From NCBI GenBank assembly GCA_964016885.1, contig OZ024747.1:36518001-36582000 (forward strand): 64,000 nt of DNA, given 5' to 3'. The stretch is from Eledone cirrhosa (lineage: Eukaryota). This document shows, piece after piece, positions 28,136 through 40,201 of this stretch (position 1 is its first letter; the number at the start of each line of letters is the position of its first letter). Under the pieces are notes generated by a model, which worked only from the letters and a program-made list of their open reading frames with translations, was not told the origin of the DNA and ran no database searches. The position numbers were made by a program, and so were the translations under genes.

Positions 28136-28359
28136 CATTATTATTATTGGCAACCTACGTAGTAAATCGTATCATCGTCAGCTCCGCAAAGGTTTGTTAT
28201 TTCCGTTTGTTAAAAATTGCCATTTATGGAAAATGTTTATTGTTAACTATATATAAGCGCACATACATTGTTTTCCGAAAAGGACACCCATAAAGATTGG
28301 GGCCTTGTGCCCAAAATTTAAACTTTTATGACTATCAAAAAATTTCTTTGATAAAAAAA

Positions 28360-30342
28360 ATGGCTAATTCACCTCTGCACCAAGCAGCTGAGAGCCTTCC
28401 TCACAAATTAACACCTCACACCGACACCACCATTGTAAATGTTACTACGTTTGCCAACACTAAAAAAAATATAAGCAGTAGCAATATTTTAAATTTGTCT
28501 CAGGCAGACATTCATTTCCCGCCATTACCAATGACTGCAGGTGTTAAAGCCGCCACCACCACCATCACCACCACCGCGACAACAGAAACAAAAGGAAAAC
28601 ATAAATCAACTCGTGATGTCGAAATGTTTTCAACCAAAATGGACTCAACCACACCGAAGACCACTGACGTCACCACCACCACAACTGAAACTAAAATTAA
28701 TAATAACAAAAATAACGATAACAACAGCAACAATGACATTAAAAAAAATCACCCTGAGTTTTGCCAGAGTATCAGAACAGTGCGAAGCATTTACAGAAAC
28801 CCAGGAGGATTTAGAAAATGCCAAAAAAATGGTAAAGAAAGATGGGTACAGGGTCAGCCCCCCCCCTCACACACACACACTTAATAAAATGGAGCATCGG
28901 CGCCTATGCACCGTGTTTTATCGAACAATTAATGTAAAATCGCGCCGAGTGGAACGGGCATCCAAGTCCCAAATCCAAAAGCTTTGGGACATGTGTGGGC
29001 AAGAAAAATCCACATCAGACGTGGGCAGAAGTATGGAACCGTGGACGTATTCTTTGAAACACCAGAGGAGGCTAGAGAACACTCCATGGCCCCATTAAGA
29101 AGTGACGACTTCACACTCGTCCCAAGCTATTGTGGCCAGAGACTCGTAAAGATCAGAGTGATCCACGTTTCACCGGCAATCGAAATTCCCTGGCTAATAG
29201 CGGCCGTCCTCGCCGGCATCGAAGCCAACCCAAAGATAATAGCAATAGCAAAAGAAAAGCAGGAGAACTGGTCCGCATCTGGGATGGAGCTCCTGATCCA
29301 AGCGGACCAAAAAAGCATTGAGGAGATCCCAGAGGTATCAGACCTCACTGACGGCAGCCACCTCACCGTAATTGTCGAGGGCAGAAGGCCTAGGTGTATC
29401 ATTTGTGGTGAAGGAACCCACCTAAGGGCTTTCTGCCCTCAGGCTAAAAGGTTGAGGCCACCTCTCATACCCACTCCAGTGACTCAACCATCAACACCAC
29501 CAGTAGCAGAGATGGCAGCAACAAATGTAGCAGCAACAACAGAAGCAACTATAACAGCAACAACCCCAGCAACAGTAGCAAAACCAACACCACCACCACC
29601 CAACGCTTCAGAACTAGCACCAGCGCCTACACCATCCACCACGCCACAACCAAAACTAACGCCTGTGGAAGATTTTCCACTACCCGGCCTATCACAACTG
29701 GAGACAGATTGGGACGACGAGGAGTGGGAAACGGTATCAGGAAAAAAAAAGAAACCAAAAAAGAAAAAATTCTCTTCCTTCCCCCTCCCAAAACAAAATA
29801 CAGAGGGAAACAAATAAATTAACAAACAAAAAAGTTAGGACAGATATGCCACCATCCATACCAGCAAAACCAACCCCAACACCCCAAACACCAACACCAT
29901 CACCATCATTAACCCCAACACCACCATCACCTACACCACAAAAGTCACCAAAATGCGAAACAGAAACAAACCCACAACAAACGCAAACAAAATAAAACAT
30001 CCAAAACGATACACACTACACAGCATTAAGTTTGAACAACAACAAATTATTACACTACATCCAACACAACACCAGCATCACAGAAAAGGACTACACAACA
30101 ACCCCAAAATTCACACCAAATCCACACATACAAATCACTCGCATCACACAGAAAACGTACATGACACGAAAACAAAAATTCCCCAAAGACATCGGAGACA
30201 TCCGACAAGCACTCTCCAGGAGGATTTATAAGGACACCCTTCCTGAGGAGGCCACAAGCAGTGAAAAGGATGGAAAAAACCGTCCTTCCTCTACGAGAAG
30301 TAAGGTAAGTGGTCTTTCCCATCTTTTCCACTCCTTTTCAAC
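28360..30342 (+). pseudogene. Tx1 ORF1, copy B; frameshifted
   Basis: VWARKIHIRRGQKYGTVDVFF; LVPSYCGQ; VEGRRPRCIICGEGTHLRAFC (CCHC); WETVSGKKKK. Confidence 0.87.
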
Positions 30343-33300
30343 ATGACCTCACTCAGAATAAGCAGCATAAATGCGCGTGGCTTGGGGTCGTCATGGAAGC
30401 AGGGCCACCTGCTCAACGACCTCAGGTCACTAAACATAGATGTAGTGGCCATCAGCGAGACCAGAATCTCCGAAGCACGGGCCTTCGCACCGATCTTCGG
30501 CGGCTACGATGTTTACGCATCTCCCAGCCGTCCGGGATCGGGGGGAGGAGTTGCTGTGCTTTTTCGGAGAGGTTTGGATCTTGTCATACGGGCCATCTTC
30601 CTGGACCCAGAAGGTAAGTTGGTGGTTTTGGACGAGACCAGCGGAGACGAGCAAGTTTCAGGCTAGTGGCCGTCTATGCCCCGACAGGAGCAGGGCGGCC
30701 TGATTTTTCCGGCGTCGGGATACCTTTCTTGGAACGTCCCGCTCTTTAGTGTTAGTGGGCGACTGGAACGGGATCTTAGATGCACGCTGGGATTGTGTGG
30801 GATTAGTGGATAGGGAAGGAGGGTGCAAGAGTCTCACCAACCTGCTCAGGCATTTTGAACTGTCTGACAGGTACCGATTGGATTTCCCGAATGTACCAAT
30901 GTGGACATGGACAAATCGCATAGGGTCATCCAGATCATATCTAGATAGAATATTTTGTAGGGAAATAGATAGGTCTAGCATAGGCTGTCCACAATTCAAG
31001 ATAGTCAGCTACACGGACCACAAATTCGTGATCTGTGTGCTTGACTAAGATAGGCTTCATAGACGAGGACCCGGCTACTGGAAGCTAAACGCGTCCTTAC
31101 CAGCGCGCAAGACCTACAGAGACGGGATTAGCGAACTAGTTAAGCGGGCGTTGACGGGGCCCATCGTCAACAACAAGTGGTGCTTTTCTCTGAAAAGAGC
31201 AATTATAATAGAGTCCATTAGGTTTAGTAAGGCTTGAGCAATAGAGAAAAATAGAGCAGAAAGAGAATTAGTTCGAAAATTAGACGAGGCGCTTTGCAAA
31301 GGTATCGCGACCGACGTACTTGCGGCGATATTGGCCCTTGACCAATTCTTCAATGCATAGCACGAAGGCTGCGTTGTCAGAGCTAGGGTGCGTGCTCTCA
31401 GACACGAGGGGACGAAAGCCGTTCAATGGGCCCCAGTGGCGGAGGTGCGTCGTGGCAACAAAGCCACGATCCGGTCTTTGGTGGACTACGACGGGCGCAT
31501 GCTACTCGATCCCGGGCAAATGTGTGAAGCTTTACAGCGACACTTCGCTCAACTGTTCGGGGGCAGTGGCGGGCCGGATCGAGGGATGGACTTTAGTATC
31601 TACCTCGACGGACTGCCGCGGCTCTCGGCCACTGAGGCGGAGAGTGAACGGATAACAGCCGCTGAAGTACGGGGGCAATGACTAGTTGCACAAGGGGTAA
31701 ATCGCCTGGTTTGGATGGTCTGCCCTATGAACTTTACGTACAAATGCCAGACTTGTTCGGAGGCCTCTTGGCGGGCGTCTACTGCAACTGGCAACAGAAC
31801 GGGAGAATTCTCAGCTCTGCGAGCCGAGGAGCGGTGGTGCTGCTGAGAAAGGATCCGAACAAAGGGGATAACATAGATAATTTTAGGCCCATAACTCTGC
31901 TAAACACAGAGATCAAGATTTTGGCCAAGGTGCTAGCAAAGAGGTTGGCGCTTGTCGTTGTGGTCTGGTGGGAGAGGCGCAGACATGCGCCATTCCCGAC
32001 AGATCCATCCATGACAACCTCCACCTCATGCGATACATCGTAGAGAGGGTAGCTAGGGAACCTGGCACGGGTGGGTCTTTGATCAATTTAGATCAGTCGA
32101 AAGCCTTCGATAGGGTCGACCATCGTTACCTAGCGGCAGTCCTGAGGGCGGCTGGCTTTGGGCCCGTCTTCAGAGGCTGGATCGCTGCCATGCACAGCGA
32201 CATCTGCTCTGTGGTGAGAGTGAACGGTCACCTTTCGGAACCGTTCAACATCATGCGCTCGGTCCGCCAAGGATGTCCCATCTCGTCCCTCTTGTACGTA
32301 TTGACTCTCGAACCATTACTGCACAAACTGGAGACGCTGAGGGGGGTCCCGCCCGAACTAGGATGCGGAAGATCCGTGTCAGCATATTCGGACGATGTCA
32401 CTGTAGTGGTGTCGAACGCCAAACACATCGAGGCGATCGGCACTACACTAAGAGATTACGCAGCGGTGACAGGAGCAATGATCAACCAGGAAAAGTTAGT
32501 GGGCCTGCAGCTCGGCACCTGGAGAGGCAGGTCCATGCCGTACAACAGCGTCGTCGGGCGCTGGACGGACGGACCTATAAATTACTAGGGGTCTTGTTCG
32601 GTCCAGACCTCCAGACGGACAAACACTGGGACGAGGTGACGAGCAGGGTGGCTTCTCTCACCCAGAAATGGACGGAGAGGAAGCTATCCCTGAAAGGTCG
32701 AGCGGAGGTGGCTAACACGTACTTCGCGTCCGTCATCTACTACCGCCTGACCGTCGTATCTTGTCCTAAGTCCCGCCTGACTGCGCTGGAGTGTTTGCTC
32801 TTTCGCTTTTTGTCGAAGGGACGCGCTCCGATGGTCTGGCGGTCCATCTGCTGTCAATACCCGCTACGTGGAGGGCTGGGCGTGCCGTGGCTGATGATGC
32901 GCAGACATGCGCTCAGGCTGCGAGATCTCCACCTCTTCCTCGACGGTGATCAGGTGTGGTCGCCGTTTGCTAGACACGTCTTTCCCCAGCTCGTCTCCTT
33001 GACGGAGCTGCAGTCCTGGGTCAAGCGAAGACCGAGAGGGAGCACTTGGAGACTGTAATGTCTTCAGGCGCTCACAGCCCTCGACCAATCGGGCAATGTA
33101 ATCGGTGGAAACTCCACCTTGGCGTTCTATAGAGGATTATTGGAGGGGAACAAAGTCGACGTACTTGGAGAAACTCTAGGCGTCGACGAAAATCAACTAG
33201 CCAATCTTTTCGGACGGACTTTAGGGCCGGGGTCTATGGACAACTTCCAGAAATCCCTGGCCTGGCAGTGCTACAGGGGAGCTTTGCCAGTTCGGGATAA

Positions 33301-33751
33301 ACTCTACAGGCATGGAGGGGCCGTCATCCGGGCATGTCCGAGATGCGCGCAGGGCGACGAAACCGTCCAGCACACACTCGTCCAGTGTCCGAGCATTGCT
33401 GACTTGTGGGTATATGTCGAACACCTGCTGTCACGTGTAGGACGGATCCGGCTATCAGCTGAGTCCATCATGAAGATTGCCTCGCCCTCTTCCTTTAGCC
33501 GGGAAGGGCAGGCAGTTTTTATCTGTTTGGTGGCCATGGCGAAAGAGATAGTATGGTGGACACGTTTGAAAGGGCTGAAGACGAGCACTTACCTCTTCGG
33601 TGATGCCCTGATTAACTTTTTCAAATTTCATTTGAAAAGGAAAATCAGGGTAGAGAGGGAAGTGCTCTCTTCCCAGCATTTTGTTGAAAGATGGGTGAGA
33701 GAAGCAAGTATGGCCCGAGTGAATGGGCCTATTCTAAGTATGTGTCTGTAA
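30343..33751 (+). pseudogene. Tx1 ORF2, copy B: AP endonuclease, RT, Zn finger; stops and frameshifts
   Basis: SINARGL, GDWN, SYLDRIF, TDH, KSPGLDG, FRPITLLN, LDQSKAFDRVDH, VRQGCPIS, YSDD, CPRC...ETVQHTLVQC. Confidence 0.95.
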
Positions 33752-33993
33752 ATTAAATGTGGAAAACTGGGAGAGGGCACTTGCCCTGGTGGTCAGGGTC
33801 ACTGTGGTCTTTTAATGGGCTTTCTCCATTTTGTGCCTCGGAAGTCTCCCCCCTATTGGGGAATTTTTCTTTGTTATTTTATTACATCCTCTGTTTTTTT
33901 ACACGCAGAAATGCCTATTTGTACCGTCCTGTATTGTCCTGCACTGTCCTTAATGTCTACTTTATGTAAACCATTGTGGTTAATAAAGAAAAC

Positions 33994-34047
<54 letters not shown>

Positions 34048-34055
34048 GTGCTATT

Positions 34056-34260
34056 ATTGGCAAAGGTGGTGGATTTGGCAGTATCGGTAGAGGGTTGGAC
34101 GCCATGTTTTGCAGCATAGAGTTACGGCCCTTTATGATCTGAGTTCAAATCCAGCCGGGGTTAACTTTGCCTTTCATCCTTACGGGGTCGATAAAATAAA
34201 GTACCAGTAATGCACTGGGATAATTGCTGGCCTTGTGCCAAAAGTAGAAATAATTATTAT
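34056..34260 (+). mobile_element. SINE with a 17-bp target-site duplication
   Basis: A-box-like tggcagtatcgg, B box gagttcaaatcc and the family core; attattattgtgctatt at 34039-34055 and 34253-34269. Confidence 0.88.
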
Positions 34261-34379
34261 TGTGCTATTTCCTTTAGCTCAATTGTGTGTCTCTATTGCC
34301 GGGTTTAGGCCTTGAACCTAGGGCAATAGATGTTTTCATGACTAGGTTGGCAATCTAACTACTGCAGAACCAAAACCCA

Positions 34380-36584
34380 ACCTTATCAACTTACTCTCCA
34401 AAGGTCTTAAATTTACACCGATCCCACTACGTCCTAACTACTATGAAATGAAGGAAGACATCACAGACTTCTGTAGAAAGTTACGACTCAGTGAAGAACT
34501 ATTCGACCAGTACAATGAGGATGAATCATCGGCCAGAAATAGAAGCAATTACCCCCCATCAAAAGGTAGAAATAAAATCCTGGACGAATTCACTGAACAC
34601 ATCACAAACTCCCCTTACCTACACTTGCACAGACAAAAACACAAGCCAAACCTCAACAAGAAAGAATGGGAAGAATTAAATAGATTAAAAACCGACAGAA
34701 CCATTACAATTAAAGAGGCTGTTAAAGGGAGTACAGTAGTCCTAATGTTGACATAATTCTATATCAACTTAGCGCTCTCCACTTTGGAAAACGAAACATA
34801 CTACGAAAAGGCTGAACACTACAATCAACAGAAAATTATGAGAAACCTAAAACCTCTGATCAACCAATACAAAGAAGGACTCACTAACAAGGAATTCAGC
34901 TTCATGACAGACTTCACAAGTAAATCCAGCCTTTTCTACGGTATCCCTAAAGTACATAAAAGCGAATTAATAAGTAAGGCATGCAAGGAAGCCACAGACA
35001 TAGTCATCAATGTCCCCTCACCCAATGATCTCAAATTAAGACCAATAATAGCAGGCCCGCTTACGATACCCACCGCCTTAGCAACTTCATTGATACCCTT
35101 CTCAAGCCTTTTCTCAAATTCATCAAAAGCTATATAAGGGACGACCTAGATATGCTCAATCACCTCCCTAATATGCCTCTTTCTGAACAAACCCTACTAG
35201 TGACGTTCGATGTAGTCAACCTATACTCCAACATCCGCCACAATCTAGGAATAGAAGCTATCCAATTCTGGCTGGATAATTACCACAATGAACTTCCACA
35301 ACGCATCAAAAAAGAATTCGTGACAGACGGACTCAAATTTATCTCAGAGAAACATTACTTCGTTTTCAATAACAAACCCTACAGGCAGAAATCTGGGACC
35401 GCTATGGGAACGAAAACAGCCCCCACTTATGCCAACCTAGTCATGGGATACCTGGAAATCACCCTCTACACTAAAGTACTAAACAAATTTGGAAAAACTC
35501 TCCACTTACACATAGAAAGGAACTGGAAGCGATATCTAGATGACTGTTTCATCCTTTGGCACGAAAACATCGAGAAACTTAAAGAATTTCACACCCTTAT
35601 AAATGGGCTCAACACGAATATTAACTTCACAATGGAATACAGCCATCAACAACTCCCATTCCTCGACATCCTCATTAAGATTCATAACAAAAAAATAGAA
35701 ACAGACATATACTACAAGCCCACAGACTCCAAGCAATATCTTCCTTTCAACTCTTGCCACCCTAGACACGTTAAAATTAATATTCCCTACAACTTAGCCA
35801 AGAGAATCTGTACCAATAAAAACACCTGTTACTTACGGCTACAAGAACTAAAGGACACACTCATAGGCAGGGACTACCCTGCATCACTAATTGACAATGG
35901 AATCCAACGTGACCTAAAACTCAGCACCCAGGACCAGAGACACCCTAAAGTAAATCAACCGAAACTAAAAGCTCTTCCATACATCTCCACACACAACCCC
36001 CTCAACAATGAGGCCTTTGACACCATCCTCCAGAACATCTCTGTGTTGAAAAAGGACCATAGAATGAACCAAATCCTACGAACACACGATATCATAAGGA
36101 GCAAAAGACAATCTAAGTCAATGAAAAACATCCTAACACATGCCAAAGTACTGCCAACCACAACAACGAAACCCACAGTAAACAAATGCGATAGACCCAA
36201 CTGAGGCATATGCATCAACCTAATAGAGAGTTCGGAATCTATTTCAAAGAAGGACAACGTTTTATAGTAAAACACAATTTCACATACGCATCAGAAAATC
36301 TAATATATGTATTAACTTGCTCAGGTTGTCGAGAACAATACATAGGTCAGACCAAAAACAGCCTCCGCCAACGCATGACTGTTCATAGATCCCAAATTAA
36401 AATACGGGAATACAGGAAAATACCACTGAGTGAACACATTGATACCTGTGCCGCCCCAAATTACCCCAACTTCAGAATCTTTCCCCTCTACAAATTTAAA
36501 TATAATGCCACCCACACCCAGCGCATCAGCAAGGAATCTCATTTTATTAACAAATACGGACCCCGTCTAAACACTTCTCCTTAA
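34380..36584 (+). pseudogene. Penelope-like element (Neptune-type) RT + Cys-rich linker + GIY-YIG; near-complete but disrupted. The probable 3' UTR runs to ~37740
   Basis: LLSKGLKFTP, FYGIPKVHK, LRPIIAG, FDVVNLYSNI, GTAMGT, RYLDD, LPFLD, YYKPT, CDRPN*GIC, NLIYVLTCSGC..YIGQT..LRQRMTVH. Confidence 0.93.
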
Positions 36585-37740
36585 GACGAACCCACAACAT
36601 ACACACGTCAACATACATACTACATCAGCTTATATCTCTATCCACATATAAACACAATGCCATACGTAAACACACATGTTCTATGGTGCAAAACAAATAT
36701 ACACAAATTTGCATACCTTTTGATGTCTATAGATAGAAACGTGCCGACACACACACATACGTATACGCACACATGCATTGCACACTGATGGGCACATACA
36801 TATTTGTACACACGTATTCCAATACGGCAAGGCCTAATGGATTCGCCTTGCAGTACGTACAATCTGGACACTCACACACACCTTGGTCTTATGCCAATAC
36901 TATATATCATTTCCCACCTTTTATTATTAAGGTTTTTGATGTTCTATTGAGAGAATCATTTTTACTGAAAATATCGATTAATGTACACCATTTTTACCAG
37001 TATCACAAAAATACTGGTCCAATCAAACACACACACATATATATATACACACACACATACACACGCGTACATTAACATACAAAGAGACATACACACACAC
37101 ACGCACACACACACACTTCTCCGTATAAGACAAGAGCTGAAAAATATATTTTAACATGTTAAAATATCTCCCACACACGTACAGACACATTCCTACTGAC
37201 GACGAATTACTCTGCTACACACACACACACACTTGTCTTAATTGAGATTTGAACTGTCAGCAGGCTGCGGTTACCACACACATCCCTGCTGACCATTATC
37301 ACAACAACGAACCTCTTTACTACTACTACTACTACCACACACACACACGCACACACACACACATATTTGTCTTGAAAGACTTATTTTTCAGTGACTTCTC
37401 AATCAGCCTAGACAAACCTACATTTGGCGCAAAATCAATTTTTAACATTCACATGACCTCTACCGACCAATCAAAATTGTTTTGACCACAAGAATGTTTT
37501 CATACATCTGGAGGCACTTTTTTTACATAAAACAGGTAGAATTTCCAAAACTAATCAGATTAGAGCAAATATAACGGTCGCTCTATCTCAAAATTATTTT
37601 TGAAAAGCATTAGAAAAGCGCAACCGGTAAAACTTAAAACCAAAACTGAATACTAACCAATACAATTACTAATTTTTACTTATTCCTAATTAAACTATTT
37701 TTCACTGGAAACAATTTGTCAGCATTTCCTTTTCCTTTTA

Positions 37741-37779
<39 letters not shown>

Positions 37780-39597
37780 AAGATGAATATAAAATGAAAG
37801 TGCTTTTTATAGAAAAAAGGAATTTATTAGGTATTGACATATGTTTCTGTAACAGACGGAATACCTATGTATCGTTGCTTGCGTAATCATATAATGTTAG
37901 CAAGTATTCGATAGCAAATGTATAATCAGTTGTCACTTCTTCAGAGATTTTGGATAAATTGGATAAAATCAGAAAAATTGAAGTATTTATATTAGTTGTA
38001 ATAGAGGATGAAGAGAGGGGATAGTATATGACAGATGGTAATTCAATTTACTGCTGAACAAGTATATAAAGGGTTTCTAATGAAAATACAATGAGTAATG
38101 GTTTATTTTATCTAAATAAGAATGTTTGGGAGTGCCTATTTTAATCTATACTTGACCAATTGAACAATGGACAGGGCTGGTCATTTGGTGTAGTAGTATT
38201 AATTATAAAGTGTCAATTTAGAAGGGGGAGATTTCGACTTCTACTGAATAACATCAATGCTAGTAGCCAGCTGGTATATGCATTAGGGAATTGAAATAAG
38301 AAATCTCATTTTATCTATAGCAGTTTATATTAAATGGTAAATAATAGAAGAGTTGATAGAATTAAGACTAATAGAGAATGTTAATATGTATTTTGACAAT
38401 CAAACGGAGATGGAGACAGGCGTTCAATCCTGGTAGTATTTGTAATATGAAAATGTAGATTTTAAGCGATGGTTACAGTATAACGATGGCTCTATTGTGT
38501 TATTTAATAAAATGTTTTTGGATTTCGTAATACAAAATAATTCCATATTACATAATTTACAAAATTCCTGTCCGTGGGATTATATGGAGGGGCAGCCGCT
38601 ATTATATCCCATTTTAGGTTAAATTGTTGGTTATTTTCACGCAGCTGCCAAGCCTTATTTGCGAGTGTTGTTACATAACGCTGGTTTTCATGTTTTATCG
38701 AGTAACGATGTCTATAAAGGCGTGATTTGAATGAGGTGGCTGTAGATCCCACATAGTACCACTTCTGTCTATCCGATTCGATAGTACATTTGTATATGAT
38801 GTTGCGTTCAAGACACTGATTGTTCAACGGACACATTCCTGGTTGGACACAGTTACAGTTATAATTTTGCGTTGTTGTATTGGCATGGATGGGTTGATGA
38901 GGTTGCTTAGGTAGGACAGGATGTTGTTTGTTGTTTTGTGATGTTATAGCTAATGTTTTACGTGTATTGTTATGTGTTGGAAGGCGTTTATACAACCGTT
39001 TTGCGTTAAGCTTTTTTATATGTTGTTCAATATTAGGGACGGTTGAATATGAAAGTCGAATAGTGTTAGGGTTTAAGATTTTATTATATTTATGTGATGT
39101 TGGAAAGTGTTTTTTAACTAATCGAAAGAATTGTGAGGGTAGATTGGTTTTAATAGAGTTGTTATAGAGCGGGTTGTACCAAATATACTCCTTACATCGC
39201 CTTCTGTTTGGTGGTGTGCGACTATTATTGTGTTTATTGCGGTAGTGTATGTATGGTGGTATTCTGTGCTATTTCTAGCCCTATGGGATTTATTTTGGGT
39301 GTTTTGGTGATCTTCGACTATATACTCTATATTATCTAGGTGTCCGGCTTTCCTAAGTGCATCATCATAATATTCGGCATGTTCTTTGAATAACTTCATC
39401 CGTAAGGAATTGCATAAAAAATACAAGAAAACTAATGAAGCTACACTTAAAAACATCAACAACTGGGCATGTGAAATTGTTAAAAAACTTTGTATTGACG
39501 ATAGAACGCAACCCTTAACACCAGCTACACCTCCTTCAACCTGAAGGACCACAGGGTAAACTTCGATACTGACCCTAAAATTAGACTTATATGCCCC

Positions 39598-40154
39598 TCT
39601 AAATTGACACTTTATAATTAATACTACTACACCAAATGACCAGCCCTGTCCATTGTTCAATTGGTCAAGTATAGATTAAAATAGGCACTCCCAAAATTCT
39701 TATTTAGATAAAATAAACCATTTACTCATTGTATTCTCATTAGAAACTCTTTATATACTTGTTTAGCAGTAAATTGAATTACCATCTGTCATATACTATC
39801 CCCTCTCTTCTTCCTCTATTACAACTAATATAAATACTTCAATTTTTCTGATTTTATCCAATTTATCCAAAATCTCTGAAGAAGTGACAACTGATTATAC
39901 ATTTGCTATCGAATACTTGCTAACATTATATGATTACGCAAGCAGCGATACATAGGTATTCCGTCTGTTACAGAAACATATGTCAATACCTAATAAATTC
40001 CTTTTTTTTTTAAAAAGCACTTTCATTTTATATTCATCTTTTCTACATTTTCTCTGGAATATAATTCATACTCGTTGAGCAAACCTACACGTACGCTGTT
40101 CATCTCTAACGTAACGATATATTATCACTACATTATTGATAACCTGAAATTTTA
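39598..40154 (+). repeat. Upstream pseudo-LTR
   Basis: Near-identical direct repeat of 42715-43272. Confidence 0.92.
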
Positions 40155-40201
40155 ATAATCTCCTATACAGTTGAGCAACTAATTCAGCATACGCCTCTAA
40201 A

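Larger units (their letters stand above)
22188..28148 (+). mobile_element. Apparently full-length L1/Tx1-group non-LTR retrotransposon, copy A (degenerate), ending AATAAA-(ATT)n
   Basis: 5' UTR, ORF1 with Zn knuckle, ORF2 with APE-RT-CCHC, 3' UTR, AATAAA at 28065, (ATT)n 28077-28148. Confidence 0.93.
28149..34047 (+). mobile_element. Apparently full-length L1/Tx1-group non-LTR retrotransposon, copy B (degenerate), ending AATAAA-(ATT)n
   Basis: Same organisation as copy A; AATAAA at 33982, (ATT)n 33997-34047. Confidence 0.93.

Noticed and set aside
28142-34063. tattattggcaa on both sides of Tx1 copy B as a possible TSD
   Set aside because: Only 5 nt are non-repetitive, and it conflicts with the better 17-bp TSD of the downstream SINE.
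36202-36204. In-frame TGA at a conserved Cys (CDRPN*GIC versus CGRPNCGIC in the sister element), suggesting selenocysteine as reported for Naiad PLEs
   Set aside because: Single occurrence in a copy with other lesions, including a frameshift ~35 nt downstream and a Cys-to-Tyr change. I could not fold a SECIS in the 3' region, so a nonsense mutation is simpler.
39118-39660. 180-aa ORF (similarly 48664-49194) as a novel gene
   Set aside because: Chimeric reading across inversion junctions of PLE fragments.
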